Below, in pieces: positions 42,207-52,677 of a stretch of 64,000 bases of DNA. The stretch is taken from assembly GCA_023898605.1 (NCBI GenBank), contig CP060230.1, positions 67,944-131,943 on the forward strand, in the 5' to 3' direction. The DNA comes from Candidatus Nomurabacteria bacterium (lineage in GTDB: Bacteria; Patescibacteriota; Minisyncoccia; Phycocordibacterales; UBA9973). Each line of letters starts with the position of its first letter. Position 1 is the stretch's first letter. The notes under the pieces are model-generated. The model searched no databases and had not been told where the DNA came from. It worked only from the letters and a program-made list of their open reading frames with translations. The position numbers and the translations under genes were made by a program.

Positions 42207-42484
42207 ATCCCGTTAGAGATTAATCATGTTTTATGTTTACGTATTACAGAGTAAAAAAGACGGGAAAATGTATACAGGAAGTACCAAAGATCTTCGGAAG
42301 CGCTTTTTGCAACACGAAAAAGGATTATCAACTTGGACAAAAGGAAGAGGTCCATTTATAATGGTTTATTATGAAGCATGTCTCAATGAGCAAGATGCTC
42401 GGTCGCGTGAGACATATTTAAAATCAGGTATGGGAAAGCGTTATCTAAAAAATAGACTTAAGCGCTTCCTATCTCTAACGGGAT
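42207..42484 (+). mobile_element. minimal GIY-YIG element bounded by perfect 14-bp terminal inverted repeats
   Basis: atcccgttagagat (42207-42220) is the reverse complement of atctctaacgggat (42471-42484). ATGAA/TGAA is present on both flanks. Confidence 0.65.
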
Positions 42485-42486
42485 GA
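42226..42486 (+). CDS. GIY-YIG nuclease family protein (86 aa)
   Basis: Shows FYVYVLQSKKDGKMYTGSTKDLRKRFLQHEKG. Confidence 0.9.
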   Translation: MFYVYVLQSKKDGKMYTGSTKDLRKRFLQHEKGLSTWTKGRGPFIMVYYEACLNEQDARSRETYLKSGMGKRYLKNRLKRFLSLTG

Positions 42487-42821
42487 AAATTATAGTTCAT
42501 TGGCTTATCCTAACTCTAGCGGTATTTGCTGTACCATATTTTGTTGGAGGTATATCAGTAGATAGTGTAGTTGTGGCGATTATTGTCGGTGCGTGTCTTG
42601 CGTTTATAAATATGGTTGTAAAACCTGTTATATCTATCCTAACTCTACCCATAAACATAATTACTCTAGGACTTTTCTCTTTAGTTATAAATGCGGGGCT
42701 TTTCTACCTAGTTTCGACAGTCGTCGAAGGTTTTAGTGTAGATGGGTTCATGCCGGCACTTTGGGGATCTCTGGTTGTTTCAATAATAAACTGGTTTTCT
42801 GGTAAAGTCGTAAGAGATTAA
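42483..42821 (+). CDS. phage-holin-family-4 / YvlD-like membrane protein
   Basis: A 112-aa protein with 4 TM helices and the string FINMVVKPVISILTLPINIITLGLFSLVINA, typical of the family. Confidence 0.7.
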   Translation: MKIIVHWLILTLAVFAVPYFVGGISVDSVVVAIIVGACLAFINMVVKPVISILTLPINIITLGLFSLVINAGLFYLVSTVVEGFSVDGFMPALWGSLVVSIINWFSGKVVRD

Positions 42822-42822
42822 G

Positions 42823-43737
42823 GTGATAAAATTTTTCCAAAAAAGAAAAACTATAGTTACTCATGACTCGTCTTTTCACGCGGACGATCTTTTTGCTTGT
42901 GCAACGCTAAAAATCTTGTATCCAAATGCAAAAATAATAAGAACTAGAGACGAGAAGATAATCCAAAAGGGAGATATTGTTCTAGATGTTGGTGAAATAT
43001 ATGACGAAGATAAAAAAAGGTTTGATCACCACCAAAAAGAGGGTGCAGGTTTTCACGATATAGATACTTCTATTCCATATGCGTCTTTTGGGTTGATATG
43101 GAAAAATTTTGGATTAGAGATTTGTGGTGGCGACAAAGATGTATGGAGAAAAATAGAAAAAAATATTGTTCTGCCTATAGATGCGACAGACAACGGAGTA
43201 AGTACGATAAACCTCATAGGTAATGTTTCGCCATATTTTGCGCCCGAAACTTTTTTGGCGTTTTCTCCTTCGTGGAAAGAAGATAAATCAAATATAGATA
43301 AAATATTTCTTGAACAAGTTGAGAAAGTAAAGACACTGCTTTTACGAGAAATAAAAGTAGCCAAAGATGACATAGACGGAGAGAGACTTCTAGAAAAAGC
43401 ATATCAGGATGCAGAGGACAAAAGATTTTTGATTGTAGATGTAAATATGCCGAGACCTCTTTATCAGGGATATCTTCCGGTAAAAAGCGAAGTTTGCTTT
43501 CTTATATATCCATCTAGTGACAAAAAGAGTTGGAAAGCAGAATCTATAAGAGCTGATTTTGGGACAATGAACTCTAGAAGATATTTCCCTCAAAACTGGA
43601 GAGGGTTAGGAGAAGAAAAACTTCGAGAAGTTACTGGAATAGATGACGCTATCTTCTGTCACAGGGCTGGATTTCTAGTTATGGCTGAGACTTTCGAAAG
43701 TGTAAAAAAAATGGTAGAAATAGCACTACAAAACTAA
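42823..43737 (+). CDS. MYG1-family metal-dependent hydrolase
   Basis: Shows THDSSFHADDLFACATLK and FDHHQ. It uses a GTG start. Confidence 0.85.
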   Translation: MIKFFQKRKTIVTHDSSFHADDLFACATLKILYPNAKIIRTRDEKIIQKGDIVLDVGEIYDEDKKRFDHHQKEGAGFHDIDTSIPYASFGLIWKNFGLEICGGDKDVWRKIEKNIVLPIDATDNGVSTINLIGNVSPYFAPETFLAFSPSWKEDKSNIDKIFLEQVEKVKTLLLREIKVAKDDIDGERLLEKAYQDAEDKRFLIVDVNMPRPLYQGYLPVKSEVCFLIYPSSDKKSWKAESIRADFGTMNSRRYFPQNWRGLGEEKLREVTGIDDAIFCHRAGFLVMAETFESVKKMVEIALQN

Positions 43738-43738
43738 T

Positions 43739-44713
43739 ATGCATTTAGTAGATGAAGTAAAAATAAAAGCAGTAGCCGGAAAGGGGGGTGACGGCGTCAT
43801 ACGTTGGCGTCATGAGAAATTCGAACCCAAAGGGGGTCCTGCTGGTGGAGATGGTGGACGCGGAGGAAGCGTTTATTTTGAGGCGGTCAGAGATCCGTTT
43901 TTACTTGCTAGTTATACTGACAAAAAGGTCTACAAGGCAGAAAATGGTATGCCAGGAAGTGACGGCAAGAAGAAAGGTAAAGACGGTGAAGATCTTGTTA
44001 TCAAGGTTCCAGTTGGATCAAAAATAATAAACCTTTCGACAGACGAAGAAGCAGAACTTCTAGAAGAAGGACAAAAAGTAAAAATGCTTTCTGGAGGAGA
44101 AGGTGGACTCGGAAATGATAGATTCAAGTCTTCTAGAGAAACAACTCCATATATAGCAACGCCGGGAAAGATTGGTGAAGAATCAGAGTTTTTGATAGAG
44201 CTATCTCTTCTTGCTGATATAGGACTTGTCGGTTTTCCAAATGCAGGAAAAAGCTCTCTTCTAAACTCTATAACAAACGCAAATGCAAAAGTTGGAGAGT
44301 ACGAGTTCACAACACTAGAACCAAACCTTGGAGACATGCACGGATTTGTTATTGCAGATATTCCGGGTCTTATAGAGGGTGCAAGCGAGGGTAGGGGACT
44401 TGGGAGTAAGTTTCTAAAACACATTTCTCATACAAGACTTATAGCTCACCTCGTATCTTGTGAGGCCGGTATGAATATGATGAAGGCCTACAAAGAAATA
44501 AGAAAAGAACTAGAATCATACGGTAGAGGTCTTTCAGAAAAGGACGAGATAATCATACTTTCTAAAACAGATGCCTTTACTGATAACAAAGAAATAGAAA
44601 AGAAAGTGGCTGATTTCAAGAAGCTCGGAAAACCAGTTTTTGCAGTATCTTTGTTTGACGAAGAATCTATCAAAAATCTAAAAGACGGTCTCGTAAAAAT
44701 ACTAGAGAAATAA
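43739..44713 (+). CDS. obg: GTPase Obg
   Basis: The Obg fold reads AGKGGDGVIRWRHEKF.PKGGPAGGDGGRGGSVYF. The G domain shows GFPNAGKSS and DIPGLIEGAS. Confidence 0.95.
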   Translation: MHLVDEVKIKAVAGKGGDGVIRWRHEKFEPKGGPAGGDGGRGGSVYFEAVRDPFLLASYTDKKVYKAENGMPGSDGKKKGKDGEDLVIKVPVGSKIINLSTDEEAELLEEGQKVKMLSGGEGGLGNDRFKSSRETTPYIATPGKIGEESEFLIELSLLADIGLVGFPNAGKSSLLNSITNANAKVGEYEFTTLEPNLGDMHGFVIADIPGLIEGASEGRGLGSKFLKHISHTRLIAHLVSCEAGMNMMKAYKEIRKELESYGRGLSEKDEIIILSKTDAFTDNKEIEKKVADFKKLGKPVFAVSLFDEESIKNLKDGLVKILEK

Positions 44714-44775
44714 AACCTTGATAATAGTGGATTTTGCTAGAGGCTTTATTTATGTATAATTGAATCTATATAAAT

Positions 44776-45831
44776 ATGCCACTAGACTTCATAAAAATCT
44801 TCTTGCCATCAACACTTTCTTTTCTGGTAGGTATTTTGGTAACTCCTAGACTTACGTATTATTTCTACAAATACAAAATGTGGAAGAGAGTGTCTAGAAA
44901 AGACAACTTTGTTGAAATGAGTGAAGAGTGGAAGAAAATCCACAATGAGAAAGAAGAAGTTTCTACTCCTAGAGTTGGTGGTATTGTGATCTGGCTATCT
45001 GTTTTTTTGATAACAGCTATACTCTGGGTTCTTTCTAGGGTTTCTTCTGGAGAAATAATAGAGAGATTTGATTATGTTAGTAGAAGTCAGACATGGCTTC
45101 CGTTTTTTGCACTACTTGTTGGAGGAATAGTTGGTCTTATAGAGGATTCACTAGAGATTTTTACAAGCAAAACTAAAACTCTTTCTCATGGACTCGACAA
45201 AAGAGTTCTTATATCGATTATCGTTGCGATAGGACTTTTCTTTGGATGGTGGTTCTTTGCAAAGCTCGGAGTTAGTACTGTTCATATACCGTTTGATGGC
45301 GATGTAAATCTCGGGATTTTGTTTATACCGTTTTTTATATTAGTTACACTCGGAATATTTTCTTCTAGAGTTATCGACGGTATAGACGGTCTTTCTGGTG
45401 GAGTTTTGGCGATTATATTTGCATCGTATTCACTTATAGCATTTTTCAATAATCAGATAGACCTGGCTACTTTTTCTGGAGTAGTTGCAGGAGCGATACT
45501 TGCGTTTCTTTGGTTCAATATACCACCAGCAAGATTCTATATGGGAGAAACGGGAATGCTGGCTCTTGCACTATCGCTTTCTATAGTTGTGTTTATGACA
45601 GGAGAAGTTTTGATGCTTATATTGATCGGTCTTCCTCTGGTTATTACTTCTATTTCTTCTGCACTACAGATTTTTTCAAAAAAATATTTTGGTAAAAAGG
45701 TTTTCAAGATCGCACCTCTACACCACCACTTTGAAGCACTAGGTTGGTCTAGACCCAAGATAGTTATGCGTTATTGGATTGTGTCGCTTGTTTGTGGGTT
45801 TTTGGGAGTCATAATCTCTATTGTTAGTTAA
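44776..45831 (+). CDS. mraY: phospho-N-acetylmuramoyl-pentapeptide transferase
   Basis: A polytopic protein with DGIDGLSGG and APLHHHFE, sitting in the mraY-ftsW-murG context. Confidence 0.85.
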   Translation: MPLDFIKIFLPSTLSFLVGILVTPRLTYYFYKYKMWKRVSRKDNFVEMSEEWKKIHNEKEEVSTPRVGGIVIWLSVFLITAILWVLSRVSSGEIIERFDYVSRSQTWLPFFALLVGGIVGLIEDSLEIFTSKTKTLSHGLDKRVLISIIVAIGLFFGWWFFAKLGVSTVHIPFDGDVNLGILFIPFFILVTLGIFSSRVIDGIDGLSGGVLAIIFASYSLIAFFNNQIDLATFSGVVAGAILAFLWFNIPPARFYMGETGMLALALSLSIVVFMTGEVLMLILIGLPLVITSISSALQIFSKKYFGKKVFKIAPLHHHFEALGWSRPKIVMRYWIVSLVCGFLGVIISIVS

Positions 45832-45845
45832 ACATAAAAATAGCT

Positions 45846-46964
45846 ATGTACACTTCGAAGAAAGGAGAAATAGATAAATTCTTTCTTTACACGACAATGG
45901 TGTTGGTTGGTTTTGGAGTACTAGCGTTTATTTCTGCGGCCTTTGGTATATATGCAAAAAGCCAGGAAAAGTTTTTTTCTATACTTTTTAGTCAGCTAGT
46001 TTTGGGACTTGGACTCGGACTTCTGGTTGCTTATTTTACATCGAAAGTAAATTACAAATTTTGGAGAAAACACTCACTAGTTTTTTTTATAATTTCTATC
46101 GTGGCGTGTCTTTTGGTTTTTGTTCCCGGAATAGGTGTTTTGTATAACGGAGCAAGGCGTTGGATATCGATAGGACCCATATCTTTCCAGCCTGCAGAGT
46201 TTTTGAAAATTGCAGTTATATTATATCTTTCTGCATGGCTTTCTTTTGTAAGGAACAAGCCAAAAAATTTCTGGTGGAGTTTGGTCCCGCTAGTTGCGAT
46301 TTTAGGAGTGGCGGGAATTATTCTTGGTTTTCAACCAGACACAAAGAGTTTTATTCTCATAGTTGCTGCATCTCTTGTCATGATTTTTGTTTCCGGAGTT
46401 AGTTTCAAGTATATAGGTATAGCTCTTGCGCTTATCGCAGTAACTTTGACACTTATGATACTTTTTAGGCCATATGTTGCTACTAGAATAAAAACATATG
46501 TTGACCCTAGTTCTGACCCTCTCGGTTCTTCGTGGCAGATAGATAACTCAATGATCGCTATTGGTTCGGGGGGATTTTTTGGTAGAGGTTATGGCCAGAG
46601 TATCCAAAAGTTCACATATCTTCCAGAACCACACGGAGACTCTATATTTGCAGTAATAGGGGAGGAAATGGGATTTTTGGGGACAACATTTTTGGTTTTG
46701 CTGTACGCAGCTTTTGGTTTGAGAGGTTTCAAGATAGCCATGATGGCACCAGACACGTATAGTCGATTTTTGGTTGTTGGTATAATCGGACTACTTTTGT
46801 CTCAGTCCTTTCTCAATATTCTTTCTATGACCGGACTTTTCCCACTAACGGGAGTACCTCTTGTTTTTGTAAGTCACGGCGGTACATCTCTGCTTTTCTC
46901 ATTTTTTGCTGTCGGTATAGTTATGAACGTATCTAGATACACCAAAATAACATCTTTGGTATAA
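45846..46964 (+). CDS. ftsW: SEDS-family peptidoglycan glycosyltransferase FtsW
   Basis: Shows SFQPAEFLK, PEPHGDSIFAVIGEE and GGTS. Confidence 0.9.
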   Translation: MYTSKKGEIDKFFLYTTMVLVGFGVLAFISAAFGIYAKSQEKFFSILFSQLVLGLGLGLLVAYFTSKVNYKFWRKHSLVFFIISIVACLLVFVPGIGVLYNGARRWISIGPISFQPAEFLKIAVILYLSAWLSFVRNKPKNFWWSLVPLVAILGVAGIILGFQPDTKSFILIVAASLVMIFVSGVSFKYIGIALALIAVTLTLMILFRPYVATRIKTYVDPSSDPLGSSWQIDNSMIAIGSGGFFGRGYGQSIQKFTYLPEPHGDSIFAVIGEEMGFLGTTFLVLLYAAFGLRGFKIAMMAPDTYSRFLVVGIIGLLLSQSFLNILSMTGLFPLTGVPLVFVSHGGTSLLFSFFAVGIVMNVSRYTKITSLV

Positions 46965-46973
46965 TATAGTCCT

Positions 46974-48110
46974 ATGAGAATACTTTTTGCTGGAGGAGGC
47001 ACAGGAGGACATTTTTACCCGATAATCGCTGTTGCCGAGGAATTAAACGCACTTGCTGACAAAGAAAAAATAATAGAACTAAAACTTCACTACGCCTCTA
47101 CAGAACCGTATGACAATGCGGCGCTTCTTAGAAACGGGATCAAGTTTGAACAAATATATGCTGGAAAAGTTAGAATATATTTTTCTCCAAAAAACATTAT
47201 AGATATATTCAAAACTTTTGTTGGTTTTATCAAAGCCCTAGGGATGGTCTATAGACTTTATCCAGATGTTGTTTTCTCCAAGGGTGGTTACGCGAGTGTC
47301 CCTACTGTTTTGGCGGCGAGAATTTTAGGTATACCTGTTATCATTCACGATTCAGATTCAGTTCCCGGAAGGGCGAATCTTTTTGCTGGTAAGTTTGCAA
47401 AACGAATCGCGCTTTCTTTTGAGTCTGCAGCGAGTTATTTCAAACACAAAGATAGGATTGCCATAACAGGACAACCAGTAAGACGTGACTTGCGCGAGGC
47501 GACTAGAGAGGGTGCATATGAGCATTTTGATCTTGATCCAACCAAAAAGACAATACTTATATTTTGCGGTTCACAAGGTGCACAAAAAATAAACGATATA
47601 GTTTTGGATACACTGCCACATATCTTGAAAGAGTATCAGGTTATACATCAAACTGGAGACAAGAACAAAGATATAGTTATGAAAGAGGCAAAAGTAATCC
47701 TAGGAAAAGATTACGAAACCCTTTCAAAAAATTACAAAGTTTTTGGTTTTCTAAACACACTTTCTACAAAACTTGCTGGTGGGATTGCTGATGTTTCGAT
47801 AGCTAGAGCGGGATCTTCTATTTTTGAACTTTCACTTTGGGGCGTGCCGTCTATATTGATACCAATAACAAGTTCGAATGGTGATCACCAAAGAAAGAAT
47901 GCATATGCAGTAGCTAGAACTGGCGGGGCAGTGGTTATAGAAGAAGCAAACATGAAAGATACAATAATAATCTCCGAAATAGAAAGAATACTCAAAAATG
48001 AGACACTTCATGATCAAATGTCTAGAGATATAAAACATTTTGCTACACCCGACTCAGCGGGAATAATAGCGGGGGAGATATTGCGTGTTGCTCTAGATCA
48101 CGAAAAATAA
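46974..48110 (+). CDS. murG: UDP-GlcNAc:lipid I GlcNAc transferase MurG
   Basis: Shows AGGGTGGHFYPIIAV and the C-terminal string ARAGSSIFELSLWGVPSILIP. Confidence 0.9.
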   Translation: MRILFAGGGTGGHFYPIIAVAEELNALADKEKIIELKLHYASTEPYDNAALLRNGIKFEQIYAGKVRIYFSPKNIIDIFKTFVGFIKALGMVYRLYPDVVFSKGGYASVPTVLAARILGIPVIIHDSDSVPGRANLFAGKFAKRIALSFESAASYFKHKDRIAITGQPVRRDLREATREGAYEHFDLDPTKKTILIFCGSQGAQKINDIVLDTLPHILKEYQVIHQTGDKNKDIVMKEAKVILGKDYETLSKNYKVFGFLNTLSTKLAGGIADVSIARAGSSIFELSLWGVPSILIPITSSNGDHQRKNAYAVARTGGAVVIEEANMKDTIIISEIERILKNETLHDQMSRDIKHFATPDSAGIIAGEILRVALDHEK

Positions 48111-48150
48111 AAAAGATGAAAATATAAGGATTTTTTGCTAGAATGGTGGC

Positions 48151-49491
48151 ATGAAAGAAAATGGAGTAGTAACAAGATTTGCACCGTCTCCCACTGGGAG
48201 ATTTCATGTTGGAGGAGTCAGAACAGCTCTTTATAACTACCTTTTTGCAAGACATACTGGTGGCAAGTTTATTCTAAGAATAGAAGATACAGACAAAGAA
48301 AGATCTAAGAAAGAATATGAAGACGAAATCATGGATCTTTTCTCATGGCTTGGACTAGAGCATGACGAATTCTATAGACAGTCTGATAGAACTTCTACAT
48401 ACAGGAAATATCTTGAGAAGATGATAGAAGAGGGAACTGCTTATGTCTCAAAAGAAGAAAATCCAAAAGAAGGACAAAGAGATGAAGTTATAAGATTTAA
48501 AAATCCAAACAAAGAAGTTACTTTCAAAGACGAGATTTTGGGAGAAATAACGTTTGATACAACAGAGCTTGCAGATTTCGTTATTGCTAGAGATTTGGAC
48601 AACCCTGTTTATCACTTTACTGTTGTGGTAGATGATTTTGAGATGGGCGTTACACATATCATAAGAGGACAAGAACATATTTCAAATACACCAAGACAAC
48701 TACTTCTTCAAGAAGCTATCGGAGCGACACGTCCTTTGTATGCTCATATACCACTTATACTTTCGAAAGATAAAACAAAACTTTCAAAAAGAGATCCATC
48801 TGTTGTACCTGCGATTGAATATAGAGATTTGGGTTATCTTCCAGAAGCACTACTGAACTTTTTAGCGCTTATTGGATGGAACCCCGGTGGAGACAAAGAA
48901 GTTTTTTCAAAAGATGAACTTGTAAAAATGTTTGATATATCCAAGGTCCAAAAGAGTGGGGGAGTTTTCAATAATGAAAAACTAGAATGGTTTAATCGTG
49001 AGCATATAAAACTTCTAAGCCAGGAAGAAAAGATAGATGCAATAGTAAAAAACCTAACAGATGAATTCAAAAATGACCCAAATTTTTCTGAAGAAAAGAT
49101 AGGGAAGGGGGTAGAGGCCATCCTAGAGAGAATATCCGTTTTTGGTGAAATAAGCTCTCTGTGCGCCTCTGGAGAGCTAAATTGGCTTATAAAACAGCCT
49201 GTTTATGACGGAAAAATGCTCCTGTGGAAAACTTCTACAGCCGATTCTACCAAAAACCATCTTAATAAGGTTTTGTCAATAGTTCAAGATTTGGACTCTA
49301 ATGGCGACGCTTCTTACTGGAAAGAAAACATTTTTCCTTATGCAGATGAAGTTGGTCGTGGTGATGTTCTCTGGCCCCTACGCGTATCTCTATCTGGCTT
49401 AGAAAAATCCCCTGACCCTTTTACACTCATGAGTATTCTTGGCAAAGATGAATCTATTTCTAGGATTAAGTTTGCTATAGGCCTATGCTAA
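48151..49491 (+). CDS. gltX: glutamyl-tRNA synthetase
   Basis: Shows RFAPSPTGRFHVGGVRTALYN (HIGH region) and KLSKR. Confidence 0.95.
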   Translation: MKENGVVTRFAPSPTGRFHVGGVRTALYNYLFARHTGGKFILRIEDTDKERSKKEYEDEIMDLFSWLGLEHDEFYRQSDRTSTYRKYLEKMIEEGTAYVSKEENPKEGQRDEVIRFKNPNKEVTFKDEILGEITFDTTELADFVIARDLDNPVYHFTVVVDDFEMGVTHIIRGQEHISNTPRQLLLQEAIGATRPLYAHIPLILSKDKTKLSKRDPSVVPAIEYRDLGYLPEALLNFLALIGWNPGGDKEVFSKDELVKMFDISKVQKSGGVFNNEKLEWFNREHIKLLSQEEKIDAIVKNLTDEFKNDPNFSEEKIGKGVEAILERISVFGEISSLCASGELNWLIKQPVYDGKMLLWKTSTADSTKNHLNKVLSIVQDLDSNGDASYWKENIFPYADEVGRGDVLWPLRVSLSGLEKSPDPFTLMSILGKDESISRIKFAIGLC

Positions 49492-50786
49492 AGACTTTCT
49501 TTAGATATTTAGCATCTTTTCTTATTTTGTTTTCGATGACGTTTTCTAGCGCTCTCGCTAATAGTGCTGTTACTGATCTTGAAAACAAAATAGAAAGCCA
49601 CCAAACTGAAATAGAAAAACTAAACCAAGAACTAGAGATTTTTCAACGAGAATTGAATAGTCTTTCTCAAGAAAAGAATACTTTATCAAATGAGGTAAAG
49701 AAGCTAGATATCACAAAAAAGAAACTAGAAACAGACATAAGGCTGACTGAAGAAAAGATAACAAAAACAGATCTTTCGATAAAAGAACTCGGTATCGATA
49801 TAACAAACAAAGATGAACTTATAAAAAACAAAAAGACTGCTATAGCAAAGGCTTTGAGACAGCTCTATGATGATTCAGGACAAAACAGTCTCATATTTTA
49901 TATTGCTAGCGGTAAAACTCTAGCTGATACTTGGAGACACGCAGATAGCATACTTAGATTCCAAGAAGAACTAGAACAAGATATAGTAGAACTTTCTGAC
50001 ACAAAACAACTTCTAGAAGCTGATAAGAAAGAAGCTGAGAGCTTAAAAGAAGAGCTTATATCACTCAAGTCAGAACTTGGAGACCAAAAAAAGATAGTTG
50101 TTTCAAACGAAACAGAAAAGAATAATCTTCTTTCTGAAACAAAGAATCAAGAATCTAAATATGCAGCTCTTGTCAAAGAAAAGGAAGCTCTTATTGCTGC
50201 TTTTGAAGCAGAACTTCAGGCTTATGAGTCTGAACTCCAATACATACTTGATCCATCCAAACTTCCGGCACCAGGTTCAGGACCACTTGGTTGGCCGCTT
50301 TCTAGTGTTCTTATAACACAGCAGTTTGGAGTTACCGCAGACTCTGGGAGGCTTTATGCAACTGGTTCGCACTCAGGAGTAGACTTTAGAGCATCTACAG
50401 GAACGCCGGTCTTTGCTATGGCAAACGGTACAGTGGTTGATTATGGAGATACAGATATAGCTTGTAGAGGTGCATCTTTTGGTAAATGGGTTCTTATAAG
50501 GTATTCAAATGGTCTTGCGGCTACATTTGGACACTTATCACTTGTAAAGGTCTCAAAGGGCCAAATGGTGACTCCAAATACGCTCATAGCTTATAGTGGT
50601 AATACAGGTAGATCTACAGCGCCACATCTACACGTAACAGTTTACGCTGGAGATGCGGTCAAAGTTGAAGGTAAAGAATCCTTGGCATGTACTGGTAAGA
50701 TTTTGGTTCAGCCAAGAGCGGCGACAAATGCATATCTTGATCCACTTCTTTATATGCCGAAAACAACTTCCTCAATGTTTAAGTAA
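49485..50786 (+). CDS. M23 peptidase with N-terminal coiled coil (EnvC-like)
   Basis: Has a signal sequence, long heptad repeats, and the strings HSGVDFRA and GNTGRSTAPHLH. Confidence 0.85.
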   Translation: MLKTFFRYLASFLILFSMTFSSALANSAVTDLENKIESHQTEIEKLNQELEIFQRELNSLSQEKNTLSNEVKKLDITKKKLETDIRLTEEKITKTDLSIKELGIDITNKDELIKNKKTAIAKALRQLYDDSGQNSLIFYIASGKTLADTWRHADSILRFQEELEQDIVELSDTKQLLEADKKEAESLKEELISLKSELGDQKKIVVSNETEKNNLLSETKNQESKYAALVKEKEALIAAFEAELQAYESELQYILDPSKLPAPGSGPLGWPLSSVLITQQFGVTADSGRLYATGSHSGVDFRASTGTPVFAMANGTVVDYGDTDIACRGASFGKWVLIRYSNGLAATFGHLSLVKVSKGQMVTPNTLIAYSGNTGRSTAPHLHVTVYAGDAVKVEGKESLACTGKILVQPRAATNAYLDPLLYMPKTTSSMFK

Positions 50787-51000
50787 TTTATTTTTCTAAA
50801 GCCCGCCAAAACAATAGGCGGGTTTTTGTATGCTAGACACCAGGGATTGAAGAGCCTTTATAAGTAGACTATTTCTCCCTTATATAATGTCGCAAAAGGT
50901 ATATTGTGCGACTATATATTTATTTATGTATATAATATAAAAACAAAATAAGGGTTGCCCCCTATCTCCCGATCTATGACACAACTCTTAAAAAACAACT

Positions 51001-51447
51001 TTAGCTATTTGAACATTCTCTCCAGATTGCTACGAGTTGATTATATTCTGTAATTAATTCTTCAGTTTCTTGATAAAAACTATTGTAGTATTGTGCGTCT
51101 TGGTTATAGTTTTCAACTCGATCTTTGTAACCAGTCTCATATGGCGCATACGGCTTTTCTAGGGATTCTTTTTCTATATCTAAACTAAGCTTTAGATCGT
51201 CTAACTCAAGCCTTCTTTTTTCTATGTCTTCATACATTTCTTTTTCTGGAGGCAAACATATGTCTGATATATCTTTTCCAGTAGTAAAGTATGAGTCAAC
51301 AATAAGAACATTTTTGTCTTCTCCAACCTTATACTTGTAATATGCTTTCTTGATGTCTTCTTTGAGTAGAGTTATTGTAACAACAACAAAAAGTACAACA
51401 AACATATTTATTATTATTCTATTTCTAGCACCTTTAGTTATTGCCAT
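51001..51447 (-). CDS. hypothetical N-terminally anchored protein
   Basis: Has a single TM helix. No family was recognised. Confidence 0.4.
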   Translation of the reverse strand: MAITKGARNRIIINMFVVLFVVVTITLLKEDIKKAYYKYKVGEDKNVLIVDSYFTTGKDISDICLPPEKEMYEDIEKRRLELDDLKLSLDIEKESLEKPYAPYETGYKDRVENYNQDAQYYNSFYQETEELITEYNQLVAIWRECSNS

Positions 51448-51848
51448 AAGTCATCACAAACTTTTGATTTTTCGTAACCAGCGTCTTCAGCTGATTCTTG
51501 AGTTTCAAAAAATATTTTATTGTCTTCTTTTATACTGTTTGCACCGCTACATCCTACAGAATAGTACTTTTGGCCATTGATAGAGGCTACATAGTTTGAA
51601 GGTCCGTTTGTAGGTCTCGAAACACTGGTATTTTGCCCCAGGACTTCCCCGTCCAGATTTTCAGAATAAGAGTAACCATAAACATAGACATTTTGGTCTT
51701 TTTCTTCGGTTTTTTGCTTGTCTACAGAGAGTCTACCTAGCCCAAATGAGATTATTCCTGTCATGACAAGGACAATAAGCGTAAATACCTCCATTTTATC
51801 AACCCCGGCTCCCCTGCCCTTGATATTTTTGGCTATATTTGTTATCAT
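51438..51848 (-). CDS. hypothetical anchored protein with C-terminal Cys-containing metal-binding-like motif
   Basis: Has a TM helix. The C-terminal part reads YYSVGCSGANSIKEDNKIFFETQESAEDAGYEKSKVC. Confidence 0.4.
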   Translation of the reverse strand: MITNIAKNIKGRGAGVDKMEVFTLIVLVMTGIISFGLGRLSVDKQKTEEKDQNVYVYGYSYSENLDGEVLGQNTSVSRPTNGPSNYVASINGQKYYSVGCSGANSIKEDNKIFFETQESAEDAGYEKSKVCDDLWQ

Positions 51849-51904
51849 ATATCCACCTGATTATAACACATTATAGCAGTAATAACCTTTATTTTTATTG
51901 ATTT

Positions 51905-52183
51905 ATGGCACATAGAAAGGCTGCCGGAACAGCCAAAAACTTAAGAGATTCAAATCCAAAGTACCTAGGTACCAAGCTTTACGATGGACAAGTTGCCAAA
52001 GCTGGTAGTGTTATCGTAAGACAAAGAGGATCAAAAATACTAGCTGGAAACAATGTTTCTATGGGTAAAGATCATACTCTTTTCGCTCTAAAGCCTGGAA
52101 CAGTTAGGTTTGGCTCAAAAAGAAAAACAAACTTTGATGGAAGTGTATCTAGAAAAAAAGTAGTACACGTTGATCAAAAATAA
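51905..52183 (+). CDS. rpmA: 50S ribosomal protein L27
   Basis: Begins [22 protein letters not shown]. Confidence 0.95.
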   Translation: MAHRKAAGTAKNLRDSNPKYLGTKLYDGQVAKAGSVIVRQRGSKILAGNNVSMGKDHTLFALKPGTVRFGSKRKTNFDGSVSRKKVVHVDQK

Positions 52184-52217
52184 AAACTCCGCGAATCTCG
52201 CGGAGTTTTTATTTTGT

Positions 52218-52667
52218 TTAATCTTCTTTTCTCGAAACAACTAATTCTAGGTTTTCATCTACACTATCTCTCACAACTCTAACGGTATATATTCCAAGCT
52301 GTTTTATGTGTTCAGCCAGTTTTATGTAGTCTTTTGGTATAGTAATACCAAACGTTTTCTTTATTTCTTCGCTTATTCTTTCTTCGTGTATAACTGAATA
52401 AAGTACGCCTTTTTCGTTTGCCTTTTCTTCTAGATGTATTTTTTGACCTCTGATTTTTTCTAGTTCTTTTTCAAATAGACTTGATTGGATGTCTTTTTCT
52501 GCAACTAGGCTAGCTTTTCTTTTTTGTAATTTATCTACAGATTTTGAATCTGCTGGTATGGCTAATTGTTTTGGTATGAGGTAGTTCTGGGCGTATCCAG
52601 AGTTAACTTCTTTTATTTCGTCTTTTTGTCCTACTTTCGGAACAGATTTCAAGAGTATTACTTTCAT
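52218..52667 (-). CDS. rplI: 50S ribosomal protein L9
   Basis: Begins MKVILLKSVPKVGQKDEIKEVNSGYAQNYLIP. Confidence 0.95.
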   Translation of the reverse strand: MKVILLKSVPKVGQKDEIKEVNSGYAQNYLIPKQLAIPADSKSVDKLQKRKASLVAEKDIQSSLFEKELEKIRGQKIHLEEKANEKGVLYSVIHEERISEEIKKTFGITIPKDYIKLAEHIKQLGIYTVRVVRDSVDENLELVVSRKED

Positions 52668-52677
52668 ATTCTTTGGG

